Positions 38,941-48,901 of a DNA stretch of 64,000 nucleotides are shown piece by piece. Source of the DNA: Candidatus Latescibacterota bacterium (GTDB lineage Bacteria > Latescibacterota > UBA2968 > UBA8231); assembly GCA_965200315.1 (NCBI GenBank), contig OZ241362.1:1120001-1184000 (forward strand), written 5' to 3'. The notes beneath the pieces were generated by a model. The model was not told the DNA's origin and made no database searches. It saw only the letters and a program-made list of their open reading frames with translations. How positions within the stretch are numbered: the first letter of the stretch is position 1; every line of letters begins with the position of its first letter. The translations under genes were made by a program, and so were the position numbers.

Positions 38941-39744
38941 TCAGCCCAGCTCCAACACGTCTCCCATCGAATACATCCCCGGCGCGGCCTGCGCGGCAAA
39001 GCGCACGGCGCGCAGCGCACCCAAAGCAAAGGAATCGCGGCTCGTAGCGCGGTGCCGCAGCTCGAGGCATTCGCCTAAGGCCGCATAGAGCACCGTGTGA
39101 TCGCCCGCCAAGTCGCCGGCGCGGATCGCGTGCAGGCCAATCTCTTGGCGGGAGCGCTCGCCGACCACGCCCGACCGCCCGTGTACCGCTACCTCGCGCA
39201 AGGTACGGCCCAAGCCGGCTGCGGCCCGTTCGGCCAGCGTCAGCGCCGACCCAGAGGGCGCATCGACCTTGTGCCGGTGATGCGCTTCGATGACTTCCAC
39301 ATCGTAGTCGTCGCCCAAGATCCGCGCCGCCTCTTCGACTAGCTTGAAGAGCACGTTCATGGCGGTGCTGAAATTCGACGCAAACACGCAGGTAATGTCC
39401 GCCACCGTCCGCTTGAATTCCGCGAGTTGTTCCGGGGTAAAACCCGTGGTCCCCACCACCATGGGCACCCCGCGCACCGCACAGAGGGCCGCGTCTTCGA
39501 GGGTCGCCTCCGGGGTCGTAAAATTGATGACTACCTGATCTGGCTCGACGATGCCCGCCAGCGTGTCGCGGACCGTTAGGTCGAGGGGCCGGGTGCCAAT
39601 GACTTCGCCGATGTCGCGCCCCACAGCCTCGTGAGCCGGGTGCTCCTTGCCGCCGCACAACTCCAAATCAGCCGCCGCCAAAGTCAAGTGGGCCAGCCGC
39701 TGGCCCATGCGCCCGGCTACTCCGCAGATTACGATTTTGGTCAT
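38941..39744 (-). CDS. dapB: 4-hydroxy-tetrahydrodipicolinate reductase
   Basis: GVAGRMG, VGTTG, EAHHRHKVDAPSGSA, HRATSRDSFALGA. Confidence 0.95.
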   Translation of the reverse strand: MTKIVICGVAGRMGQRLAHLTLAAADLELCGGKEHPAHEAVGRDIGEVIGTRPLDLTVRDTLAGIVEPDQVVINFTTPEATLEDAALCAVRGVPMVVGTTGFTPEQLAEFKRTVADITCVFASNFSTAMNVLFKLVEEAARILGDDYDVEVIEAHHRHKVDAPSGSALTLAERAAAGLGRTLREVAVHGRSGVVGERSRQEIGLHAIRAGDLAGDHTVLYAALGECLELRHRATSRDSFALGALRAVRFAAQAAPGMYSMGDVLELG

Positions 39745-39759
39745 CGCTCTTAACCTCGC

Positions 39760-40797
39760 TTAATACGATGGATACACCGCACGCTCGACCAGCGAGTCGT
39801 CGTGCAGACGCGCTTCCACGTCCACCCCGAAAAACTCGGCTACCGGCGCAAAAGCCGTTGGGTCGTTGGCGTGTACTTGGCGCGCGGCGTCCAGCACCGT
39901 TTGTGCGCCCGTGCGCGTCATCTTGCCCAGCGGCTGCCGCACTGGCCCGGCCGGCATGCCGAGGATGTTCATCAGCGTCTTAATCGGCACCGGGTTGCGC
40001 GCCTTGCACTCGACCGGACCATAGGCGCTCTGCTCAGTGGTCGCAACGCCGACAATGCCAAAAAGCGGTGCCAGCTTCGCGGCCAAACTATCGGCCTCGT
40101 CCTCCTCGCCAGCGTTGAGCAACTCGGTGAGCCGCTGGATGGGACCTGGAATGACGTTGGACATCACCGAGATTACGCCAGCGGCCCGGATATCCGCGCT
40201 CTTCATCATCGGCACGGTTTTGTCGTCATCGCCCGAGAGGATGGTAAAATCGTCGCCGCAGAGCCGGCGCGTCTTGGCCATGTTGTCCAAGTCGCCGGTC
40301 GCTTCTTTGACTTGGGCCACGTTGGGGTACTGGTGGGCGAGGATGGCCAAATCTTCCACCTGCATCATGCAGCCGGTGCGCCCGGGGATGATGTAGGGAA
40401 TGATCTGCACCTCGGGAAAGGCCCGCGCCACCGGCTCGACGTATTCGCGGCGGATCTCCAACGAGCTAGGCCCATTGTAGTAGGGATCGACCAGCAGCAC
40501 GGCGTCTGCGCCAATGTGGGCGGCGTGCTCGCTGCCTTCCATAGTCTCCTTAGTGGAGTTGCTGCCCGTGCCAGCAATCGATAGGGTGCGCCCCTTGGCC
40601 AGCGCGACCGTGCGTTCGATGACTTCGTTGTGCTCCTCCCATACTAGGGTCGGGCTTTCGCCGGTCGTGCCGACGGCGAGTACCGCTTGGATGTTGTTGG
40701 CAATCTGGAATTCCACCAGTTGCTCCAAGCCGCCTTGGTCAATGCCGCCGTCTGCGTTCATGGGCGTTACTAGGGCTGTGCTACAACCTTTGAACAT
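39760..40797 (-). CDS. dapA: 4-hydroxy-tetrahydrodipicolinate synthase
   Basis: TALVTPM, GTTGESPTL, GTGSNST, PYYN, VKEATG, LSGDD; adjacent to dapB. Confidence 0.93.
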   Translation of the reverse strand: MFKGCSTALVTPMNADGGIDQGGLEQLVEFQIANNIQAVLAVGTTGESPTLVWEEHNEVIERTVALAKGRTLSIAGTGSNSTKETMEGSEHAAHIGADAVLLVDPYYNGPSSLEIRREYVEPVARAFPEVQIIPYIIPGRTGCMMQVEDLAILAHQYPNVAQVKEATGDLDNMAKTRRLCGDDFTILSGDDDKTVPMMKSADIRAAGVISVMSNVIPGPIQRLTELLNAGEEDEADSLAAKLAPLFGIVGVATTEQSAYGPVECKARNPVPIKTLMNILGMPAGPVRQPLGKMTRTGAQTVLDAARQVHANDPTAFAPVAEFFGVDVEARLHDDSLVERAVYPSY

Positions 40798-40919
40798 GGT
40801 CGTTCTACCTCGCCTTGGCTTGTCAAAAAGGGGTTGATTGGCGATTGTCTTTTTACCGCGATTGCCGAACATAATACGCCGCCCCAACTTTTGTCAAATA
40901 GTCTCATCGAGGAGGAACT

Positions 40920-42095
40920 ATGCCCGCGACAATCGACATGCGCTACGGATGCAACCCCCACCAAGCAGGCGCCCGCGGCTCTATGGCCGATGGAGGTGAC
41001 CTGCCCATCGAGCCGCTCAACGACGCCCCCAGCTACATCAACCTCATGGACGCGCTCAACGCCTATCAGCTCGTCCGCGATCTCAAACGCGCCCTCGGCC
41101 TACCGGCTGCTGCCTCGTTCAAACACGTCTCTCCGGCCGGTGCCGCCGTTGCCGCACCGCTCGACGAGGCCCTGAGTGCCTCCTATTTCGTCGCCGACCG
41201 CGCCCTCAGTCCGCTGGCCACGGCCTATGCCCGTGCCCGCGGTGCCGACCGCCTCGCCTCCTTCGGCGACTGGGTCGCCCTGAGTGACGTGGTCGATTTC
41301 CCTACGGCCGATCTCATCCGCGTCGAGGTGTCCGACGGGATCATCGCCCCCGGCTACGAGCCAGAGGCTTTAGAGATTTTAAAAAAGAAAAAGGGCGGCC
41401 AGTACCGCATCCTACAAATCGACCCAGCCTACGTGCCGGCCGCGACCGAGCAACGCGAGATATTCGGCGTCCAGCTCGCACAGCAACGCAATGATTTTAT
41501 CCCCGACGACGCCTTTTTCCACAACATCGTCACCACCCGCAAGGACTTGCCAGCGAGTGCCCGCCGCGACCTGACGGTGGCGACCATCGCCCTCAAGTAC
41601 AGCCAATCTAACTCCGTGTGCCTAGCCCGCGACGGCCAAGTCATCGGCACGGGTGCCGGCCAGCAGTCACGCGTCCACTGCGTACGCCTCGCCTGCGCCA
41701 AAGCCGACAATTGGTATCTGCGCCTGCATCCCAAAGTCTTGGGCATGAAATTCGCCAAGGGCCTCAAGCGCCCAGAAAAGATCAACGCCATCGACATCTA
41801 TCTGCAAGACGACGTCACCCCGGCCGAACTCCGGGCTTGGGAAGCCAATTTCCGCGAGGTTCCAGAGCGGCTCAGCGCCGCGGAGAAGCGGGCATGGCTG
41901 GACCATCTCAAGGGCGTAGCGCTGAGTTCAGACGCCTTCTTCCCCTTCCGCGACAACATTGACCGGGCGCAGCGTTCAGGCGTGGAGTACATAGTCCAAG
42001 CCGGCGGCTCAACGCGAGATGATCTGGTAATCGAGGCGGCAGACGAATGCGGAATGTTGATGATTAATTCGGGGGTGCGGCTTTTTCACCATTAA
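40920..42095 (+). CDS. purH: AICAR transformylase (short PurH lacking the N-terminal cyclohydrolase/MGS domain)
   Basis: [53 protein letters not shown]. Confidence 0.9.
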   Translation: MPATIDMRYGCNPHQAGARGSMADGGDLPIEPLNDAPSYINLMDALNAYQLVRDLKRALGLPAAASFKHVSPAGAAVAAPLDEALSASYFVADRALSPLATAYARARGADRLASFGDWVALSDVVDFPTADLIRVEVSDGIIAPGYEPEALEILKKKKGGQYRILQIDPAYVPAATEQREIFGVQLAQQRNDFIPDDAFFHNIVTTRKDLPASARRDLTVATIALKYSQSNSVCLARDGQVIGTGAGQQSRVHCVRLACAKADNWYLRLHPKVLGMKFAKGLKRPEKINAIDIYLQDDVTPAELRAWEANFREVPERLSAAEKRAWLDHLKGVALSSDAFFPFRDNIDRAQRSGVEYIVQAGGSTRDDLVIEAADECGMLMINSGVRLFHH

Positions 42096-42206
42096 TGAGT
42101 AAGCTCATCGACAGTCTAGCGGTAGTGAATTACTGGATTCTCAATCTAGCACGTCATCCCAACTCGTTTTGGCTATCCACCGCAACGGACCAATTGAAGA
42201 AGACGA

Positions 42207-42416
42207 ATGAAAGCTCCTATTGTCGAAGAAATTAGAAAGATAAGAGATGGCCACGCGGCCAAGTTCCAGTTTGATTTACACGCAATCTGCGAAGACCTTC
42301 GCAAGCAAAAAAGACTTGTGGCCACCCTATCGCGTCTCTTGCGCCCAAACGCATTCCCAAGAAACCTTCTTAGAAGCGGTCTGAAAATTCCAAGTGGCGA
42401 GCAAAAAAGAGGCTGA
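42207..42416 (+). CDS. Small hypothetical protein, possibly a toxin-antitoxin-associated remnant
   Basis: PIVEEIRKIRD.HAAKF.FDL.AICEDLR resembles small partners of PIN toxins; lower-GC patch. Confidence 0.45.
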   Translation: MKAPIVEEIRKIRDGHAAKFQFDLHAICEDLRKQKRLVATLSRLLRPNAFPRNLLRSGLKIPSGEQKRG

Positions 42417-42424
42417 CGAGGCCA

Positions 42425-43129
42425 TCAGCCAGAAACGGTAGCCCTCTCCCGCGCCGTGAGGATATGCCCGACAATCGCCTCCAGTCCCTCCCGATCCTTG
42501 ATGCAAGCAAAAACCGTCGGCCCCTCGCCGCGCATCTTCTTGGCGTCGCGATCCATCACCCCCAGATCCGCCCCCACCATCTCGGCTAGATCGGTCTTGT
42601 TGACCACCAGCAGATCCGACTGCGTCGTCCCCGGGCCGCCCTTGCGCGGAATTTTGTCGCCGCCGGACACGTCGATGACGTACACCGAATAATCGACGAG
42701 TTCGCGGCTGAAATGAGCCGCCAAATTGTCGCCGCCGCTTTCGACTAACAGTAAGTCGATACCCCCGGCGAAACGATACATCAAGTCTTCGAGCGCATTC
42801 AAATTCAGCGAAATATCCTCGCGGATCGCCGCGTGCGGACAACCGCCGGTCTCGACGCCGATGATGCGCTCTTGGTCCAACGCCGCGTGCCGCAGCAGAA
42901 ATTCGGCGTCCTCGCGGGTGAAGATGTCGTTGGTGACCACCCCCAAGCTATACTCGTCGCGTAGACTTTCACATAAAGCCTGCAACAGCGCCGTCTTGCC
43001 GCTGCCGACCGGCCCGCCAATCCCCACCGTAAAGGCGCGGTCGGCAAAGTCGCGGTGCAAGTTCAAACCTTCGCGCTGGGCGAAAAGTCCAGGCGAGTCA
43101 AAAGGCTCGTGTGTGTGGTCGTGGCCCAT
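42425..43129 (-). CDS. ureG: Urease accessory GTPase UreG with His-containing N-terminal extension
   Basis: [36 protein letters not shown]. Confidence 0.95.
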   Translation of the reverse strand: MGHDHTHEPFDSPGLFAQREGLNLHRDFADRAFTVGIGGPVGSGKTALLQALCESLRDEYSLGVVTNDIFTREDAEFLLRHAALDQERIIGVETGGCPHAAIREDISLNLNALEDLMYRFAGGIDLLLVESGGDNLAAHFSRELVDYSVYVIDVSGGDKIPRKGGPGTTQSDLLVVNKTDLAEMVGADLGVMDRDAKKMRGEGPTVFACIKDREGLEAIVGHILTARERATVSG

Positions 43130-43142
43130 ACATCCCTCTCTG

Positions 43143-43796
43143 TCAACTCTGAAAAAGGCGCGAATAGAGATCGTCGTGTACGCTCTGGGCAATGTCGAGC
43201 TGCGGTGCGCAACGCGTCGCCTGTGAGTACGACCGGCCCGCCACTTCCGCCAGCAGTTCCTCGCAATGCACATACAGGTCCAACTGACGGCGCGTAGCCT
43301 CCATCGGCCCGACGATTCCGAGACGCACCGCAGCACTCATCTGGTCCCTGAGTATTTGAAACATGTAAAGCTGCTGGGCATCGGCTTGTGCAAAGCCCGC
43401 AGCTTTCAACGCCAGCCCGAAAACCACCGTGTAGTGCGCCTGCGCCCGCCGCAAGTTTGCGAACTTGACCTCCGGGTACAAGCCAGCCATCAGCCGCAAC
43501 CAGTTCTTGCCCAAGATCAAACTCGCCCGGCGCATCGCCGGAGCCGCGATCATCGCGTCGTAGAAATGCAGCATTTCCGCTAGGGCACTTTCGTCGGATT
43601 CAGCATAACAGGAATGGATAAAGGGAATCTCGCCGTAGGCCGCAGCCATCAGTACCGAATGCACGAACTCTTCCAGCTCCCTAGGCGCTTCCAATAAGCC
43701 CAACTGATAGGCCCCCTCCAAGCCATTGGAAAAGGCGTAGCCACCCGCCGGCAGCGCACTGTCGGCTAGGTGCATTAACGGATAGAGGCGATCCAT
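43143..43796 (-). CDS. ureF: Urease accessory protein UreF
   Basis: [36 protein letters not shown]. Confidence 0.92.
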   Translation of the reverse strand: MDRLYPLMHLADSALPAGGYAFSNGLEGAYQLGLLEAPRELEEFVHSVLMAAAYGEIPFIHSCYAESDESALAEMLHFYDAMIAAPAMRRASLILGKNWLRLMAGLYPEVKFANLRRAQAHYTVVFGLALKAAGFAQADAQQLYMFQILRDQMSAAVRLGIVGPMEATRRQLDLYVHCEELLAEVAGRSYSQATRCAPQLDIAQSVHDDLYSRLFQS

Positions 43797-45500
43797 TTAG
43801 AACAGGTGATACAGTTGCGCCAGCGGCAGCTTTTCCGCCGGTTCACAAGTAATTTCCTCGCCGTCGACGTTCACCTTATAGGTCTCTGGATCAACCTCGA
43901 TATTGGGCACCACGTCGTTGAGCCGCATATCGGCCTTGCCAATGTCGCGGCAATTCTCGACGGGCACGACATCTTTTGCCAACCCGTACTCGCCCACTCG
44001 CTCGTGCGAAGCCTGCGAAACAAAAGCCAGCGACGTCGGCCCAACCGCGTTGCCGTAGGACCCGAACATGGGTCGCGGATGCACGGGCTGCGGCGTAGGA
44101 ATGGACGCGTTCGCGTCCCCCATCTGCGCGTAAGCAATCACTCCACCTTTAATCACCAACTCGGGCTTGACGCCGAAAAAGGCGGGCTGCCACAACACCA
44201 AATCGGCCAGCTTGCCCGTCTCCACCGAGCCGATGTGGGCCGAGAGTCCGTGGGCAATAGCCGGGTTGATGGTGTATTTGGCAACGTAGCGCCGCACGCG
44301 ATAGTTGTCAGCACCGCCCGCATCTTCGGGTAACAGGCCCCGCTGTTGATGCATCTTGTGCGCCGTCTGCCATGTCCGGCACACCACCTCCCCCACTCGG
44401 CCCATCGCTTGGCTGTCCGAAGCGATAATCGACAGCGCCCCCAAGTCGTGCAAAACATCCTCGGCGGCGATGGTCTCTTGGCGGATCCGGCTCTCGGCAA
44501 ACGCCACGTCCTCGGGGATATTTTTGTCGAGGTGGTGGCAGACCATCAGCATGTCGAGGTGTTCGTCTATGGTGTTGACCGTGAAGGGCCGCGTCGGATT
44601 GGTCGAAGAGGGCAACACGTATGCCTCGCCGCAAAGCCGCATAATATCGGGCGCGTGGCCACCGCCCGCGCCCTCGGTGTGGTAGGTGTGAATCGTCCGC
44701 CCTTTGAAAGCCGCCCGCGACGCCTCGACAAAGCCCGACTCGTTGAGCGTGTCGGTGTGGATGCAGACCTGCACGTCGAATTCTTCGGCGACGGCCAGAC
44801 ACGCGTCGATTGCCGCTGGCGTCGTGCCCCAGTCCTCGTGCAGCTTGAGGCCGCAAGCTCCGGCCTCAACTTGCTCCGCCAACCCTATGGGCAACGACGA
44901 ATTGCCCTTGCCCAAAAAGCCAAAATTGAGCGGCCAAGCATCGGCTGCCTGTAGCATCGTGCGGATGTAAAAAGCCCCTGGGGTACAAGTGGTGGCATTC
45001 GTTCCGGTCGCCGGGCCGGTGCCGCCGCCGAGCATTGTGGTGATGCCCGAGGCGATGGCCTCTTCCACTTGCTGCGGGCAGATAAAATGCACGTGTACGT
45101 CTAAAGCGCCAGCCGTCAAAATCAGCTTTTCTCCGGCCACCACTTCAGTAGTCGCGCCGACGATCATCTGCTCGGCAACGCCCGGCATAATGTCCGGGTT
45201 GCCAGCCTTGCCGATCCCGGCGATGCGCCCGTCCTTGACGCCGATATCGGCCTTGTAAATGCCCGTGTAGTCGAGCACCAGCGCATTGGTAATTACCAAG
45301 TCCAGTGCCTCTTTTTGGCTCGCGCCGCTTTGCTGCCCCATGCCGTCGCGCAGCACTTTGCCGCCGCCGAACTTGCACTCCTCGCCGTACACAGTGTGAT
45401 CTTGCTCGACCTCGACGACCAAATCCGTGTCGCCCAGCCGCACCCGGTCGCCGATCGTGGGGCCGTACATATCCGCATAAGCGCGTCGCTCAATTCGCAT
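43797..45500 (-). CDS. ureC: Urease alpha subunit
   Basis: [55 protein letters not shown]. Confidence 0.98.
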   Translation of the reverse strand: MRIERRAYADMYGPTIGDRVRLGDTDLVVEVEQDHTVYGEECKFGGGKVLRDGMGQQSGASQKEALDLVITNALVLDYTGIYKADIGVKDGRIAGIGKAGNPDIMPGVAEQMIVGATTEVVAGEKLILTAGALDVHVHFICPQQVEEAIASGITTMLGGGTGPATGTNATTCTPGAFYIRTMLQAADAWPLNFGFLGKGNSSLPIGLAEQVEAGACGLKLHEDWGTTPAAIDACLAVAEEFDVQVCIHTDTLNESGFVEASRAAFKGRTIHTYHTEGAGGGHAPDIMRLCGEAYVLPSSTNPTRPFTVNTIDEHLDMLMVCHHLDKNIPEDVAFAESRIRQETIAAEDVLHDLGALSIIASDSQAMGRVGEVVCRTWQTAHKMHQQRGLLPEDAGGADNYRVRRYVAKYTINPAIAHGLSAHIGSVETGKLADLVLWQPAFFGVKPELVIKGGVIAYAQMGDANASIPTPQPVHPRPMFGSYGNAVGPTSLAFVSQASHERVGEYGLAKDVVPVENCRDIGKADMRLNDVVPNIEVDPETYKVNVDGEEITCEPAEKLPLAQLYHLF

Positions 45501-45591
45501 TTAATCTACTCCCTTACTACTCAACAGTCACCCAATAGACGTTACACATGAGCATCTTAGGTATAAGATGCTTCGACTCTGCTTCTACTAT

Positions 45592-46356
45592 CTATGTACG
45601 TAGCTCCGATCCTAAAAAGCCGTGCTCTTTCGCCCGCGCCAGCGCCGCCTGCTTGTTGTCGTCGCTCAAGGCCCCCCCGATCAAACCACTGCCGCCGTGG
45701 ACGACGCGCTGGCCAGCTACGGCGACCAGCGTCACCGTCTTGGTCTCGCCCGGCTCAAAACGCACCGCGGTTCCCGAGGGAATATCGAGCCGAAAACCAT
45801 AGGCGCACGCGCGGTCAAAGCGCAATTCGGCGTTGGCCTCAAAAAAGGGAAAGTGGGACCCCACCTGCACGGGGCGATCGCCCATGTTCGCCACTTCGAG
45901 CTCCACTTTTTCGCGGTCGGCGTTGAGCGCGAGTTCCTCATCCGCCACCAGCACTTCCCCGGGCGCGGTGCTGGACGCGTTGTCCGGCGACCACGTCTCT
46001 CCCACCCTCACCAGCCCCGACCCATAGAGCGCCAACTCGGCGTTGCCGCGCGCCCGGCAGATCGGCTGATGGACCGTCACCAGCTTGGTGCCGTCGGGGA
46101 ACGTGCCCTCCACCTGCACCTCGTGTATCATTTCCGGCACTCCCGGCAACACATCTTCAATACCAAGCAATTGCTTGCCCTTGTCCATCAAGGTGGCAAC
46201 CCGCTCGCCATCGCGAATAAATTCGAGCAACTGCGCCGCGATCAACGCGGTCGCCTCCGGGTAGTTCAGCCGCAAGCCCCGGGCATAGCGCTTCTGCGCC
46301 ACAAACCCGGCGTTGTGCAATACTAGTTTGTCGATTTCCCTCGGTGCAAGCCGCAT
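45592..46356 (-). CDS. ureAB: Fused urease gamma/beta subunit
   Basis: Gamma motifs [24 protein letters not shown]; beta motifs [26 protein letters not shown] in one ORF. Confidence 0.95.
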   Translation of the reverse strand: MRLAPREIDKLVLHNAGFVAQKRYARGLRLNYPEATALIAAQLLEFIRDGERVATLMDKGKQLLGIEDVLPGVPEMIHEVQVEGTFPDGTKLVTVHQPICRARGNAELALYGSGLVRVGETWSPDNASSTAPGEVLVADEELALNADREKVELEVANMGDRPVQVGSHFPFFEANAELRFDRACAYGFRLDIPSGTAVRFEPGETKTVTLVAVAGQRVVHGGSGLIGGALSDDNKQAALARAKEHGFLGSELRT

Positions 46357-46366
46357 GAATCCTCCC

Positions 46367-47077
46367 TCAAAACGTCAGATAGTTCTTGATGCTTTCATCC
46401 GACAGCTCGTCGGCTGTCCCCTGCAACAGAATGCTGCCGCGGTCCATGAGAAAAAAGTGATCGGCGATCTGCCGTGCGAAGTCGAAGTACTGCTCGACCA
46501 AAACGATGGCGAACTCGCCCCGCTCCTTGAGTTGGAGCAACACCTTTTCTATCGCCAAAATGATCGACGGCTGGATCCCTTCGGTCGGTTCGTCTAACAT
46601 CAGGACCTTGGGTTCGCCGACCAGCGCCCGGGCAATGGCCAACTGCTGTTGCTGTCCACCGCTCAAATTGCCGCCCATCCGCTCCTGCATGTCCGCCAAC
46701 ACCGGAAAGAGCGCGAACACTTCCTCGGGTATCTCGCCACCCCCCGCACGTGCCTGCAAGCCGATCTCCAAGTTTTCCCGCACTGTTAACTGCGGAAAAA
46801 TCTCGCGGCCCTGCGGCACGTATCCCAACCCTCGCCGCGTCCGCTTGTCAGCCGTCAGCGCGGTAACGTCCTCGCCGGCAAAAAACACCCGGCCCTTGCT
46901 CGGTGCCAACAGCCCCATGATCGCCTTGAGCAGCGTCGTTTTGCCGACGCCGTTGCGCCCCATCACCGCCACAATCGAGCCACTGGGAACCTGCAAGCTA
47001 ATATCCCGCAAGATGCGGCTGCCCCCGTAGTGGATATCTAATTCCTCCACCGCCAGCGTGGTCTCAACCGACTGCAC
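46367..47077 (-). CDS. urtE: Urea ABC transporter ATP-binding subunit
   Basis: [32 protein letters not shown]; GTG start after GGAGG. Confidence 0.92.
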   Translation of the reverse strand: MQSVETTLAVEELDIHYGGSRILRDISLQVPSGSIVAVMGRNGVGKTTLLKAIMGLLAPSKGRVFFAGEDVTALTADKRTRRGLGYVPQGREIFPQLTVRENLEIGLQARAGGGEIPEEVFALFPVLADMQERMGGNLSGGQQQQLAIARALVGEPKVLMLDEPTEGIQPSIILAIEKVLLQLKERGEFAIVLVEQYFDFARQIADHFFLMDRGSILLQGTADELSDESIKNYLTF

Positions 47078-47828
47078 TGTGTTCCTCCCGTTCCATGGCC
47101 GTTCCCAAATAGCACTCAATGACGTGCGGGTCGTTCTGCACCGCTTCCATCGGTCCTTCGACTAGGATCTTGCCCTCGTGCAGCACCGTTACTTTGCGGG
47201 CGATTTGCCGCACGAATTCCATGTCGTGCTCAATGACAATCAGGGCGTGATCTTCAGCCAGCCCTTGGAGAATTTCTCCAGTGCGGAAAGTCTCCTCGTC
47301 GGTCATACCTGCCGCTGGCTCATCAACTAGAAAAAGCGTGGGGTCCTGCAAGATGACCATGGCGATCTCCAACCACTGCTTCCGACCGTGCGACAGAGTG
47401 CCCGCGACCTCGTCGAGCACATCCTCCAGTCCCGTGCGCTCGGCCACCTCCTCAATCCGGCGACGCTCGGCTGCTTGGAGCCGGTGGAACAGCGAGGCAA
47501 AGACGCCGCGATTGGCCCTCACAGCTAACATCAGGTTGTCGGCCACGCTCAGGGACGTAAAAACCGTCGGCGCTTGGAACTTGCGCCCCACCCCGAGCTC
47601 GACGATCTCGTCCTCGCTCAGCTTGGTCAGGTCCTGATCCTTGAAATAGGCGTGGCCAACGTCGGGCCGCACCCGGCCGCAGAGCACGTCGAGCAGGGTC
47701 GTCTTGCCCGCGCCGTTGGGGCCGATGACCACTCGCAGCTCGTTTTGGGCAACCTCAAAGATGTCGATGTCCAACGCCTTGAAGCCGTCGAACGACACAC
47801 TCAACTTTTGCACGTATAGATTGTCCAT
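47064..47828 (-). CDS. urtD: Urea ABC transporter ATP-binding subunit
   Basis: VSFDGFKAL, GPNGAGKTT, GRKFQAPTVF, LSHGRKQWLEI. Confidence 0.92.
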   Translation of the reverse strand: MDNLYVQKLSVSFDGFKALDIDIFEVAQNELRVVIGPNGAGKTTLLDVLCGRVRPDVGHAYFKDQDLTKLSEDEIVELGVGRKFQAPTVFTSLSVADNLMLAVRANRGVFASLFHRLQAAERRRIEEVAERTGLEDVLDEVAGTLSHGRKQWLEIAMVILQDPTLFLVDEPAAGMTDEETFRTGEILQGLAEDHALIVIEHDMEFVRQIARKVTVLHEGKILVEGPMEAVQNDPHVIECYLGTAMEREEHSAVG

Positions 47829-47842
47829 CGCCCACACTCGCG

Positions 47843-48901
47843 TTACGCGGCCACCAGCCGCCGGCGCAAACGCCCGACTATGCCGGCGACGCCCTCGGGA
47901 AAAAACAGCACCACTCCGACAAAGAGCGCGCCGAGAAAGTAGAGCCAAGTGCCGGGGAACGCGCCGGTGAGAAAGCTGTAGAGCAAATTGACCAGCACCG
48001 CTCCGACGATCGCGCCCACCAACGTCCCCCGGCCGCCGACCGCGGTCCACACCACGATTTCAATCGAAGCCTGCACGTCCATGCGCCCCGGCGTGATAAT
48101 GCCGGTCTGCGGCACGTAGAGCATCCCCCCCAAGCCCGCCAAGGCGCTGGCGACGACAAAGACGAAGAGCTTGTAGCGAGTGATGGGGTAGCCGATAAAG
48201 CGCAGGCGGTGCTCGCTGTCGCGGATGGCCACCAGCAATTTGCCCAATTTGGAGCCGACGATATAGCGGCACAGATAATACGCCCCCACCAGCGCCGCAC
48301 ACGCCACCACGTAGAGCCCGCGCTTGGTCGCTGGCTCGGCCAATTCAAAGCCCAGCAGCGTCTTGAAATCCGTCAGCCCGTTGGTTCCTCCCAACATGGT
48401 CTCGTTGCGCAAAAAGAGCAGCCACATCGCCAGCGCCAGCACTTGGGTGATAATGGCCAAGTACACGCCCTTGATGCGGCTGCGGAAGGCGAGAAAACCA
48501 AAGACCAGCGCCGCCAATCCCGGCACCAGTAGCCCGAGCAGCAAGGTCAGCGGCAGACTTTGGAACGGCTCCCAAAAAAGCGGCAGTTCCTCGACCCGGT
48601 TCCAGACCATGAAATCGGGCAAGGTGCTGCCGTACACGCCTTTAGTCCCGGTCTTGAGCAGCATGTGCATGCCAATGGCGTAGCCGCCCAAGCAAAAGAA
48701 AAATGCCTGACACAGCGATAGAATGCCGGTAAACCCCCAAATCAGGTCCATCCCAAGAGCGACGATGGCAAAACAAAAATAGCGCCCCCACAGGTTCAGG
48801 GTCGTATCGGCAACCAAGCCCAGATAGTTGAGCAGGGGGACGAGCACCCCGAAAAAGGCGAACAGCGAACCAGCGACGATGTGGTGCCTAGACGCGCTCA
48901 C
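47843..48901 (-). CDS. urtC: Urea ABC transporter permease
   Basis: DLIWGFTGILSL, LPDFMVWN, FRSRIKGVY, GGTNGLTDFK. Confidence 0.92.
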   Translation of the reverse strand: MSASRHHIVAGSLFAFFGVLVPLLNYLGLVADTTLNLWGRYFCFAIVALGMDLIWGFTGILSLCQAFFFCLGGYAIGMHMLLKTGTKGVYGSTLPDFMVWNRVEELPLFWEPFQSLPLTLLLGLLVPGLAALVFGFLAFRSRIKGVYLAIITQVLALAMWLLFLRNETMLGGTNGLTDFKTLLGFELAEPATKRGLYVVACAALVGAYYLCRYIVGSKLGKLLVAIRDSEHRLRFIGYPITRYKLFVFVVASALAGLGGMLYVPQTGIITPGRMDVQASIEIVVWTAVGGRGTLVGAIVGAVLVNLLYSFLTGAFPGTWLYFLGALFVGVVLFFPEGVAGIVGRLRRRLVAA

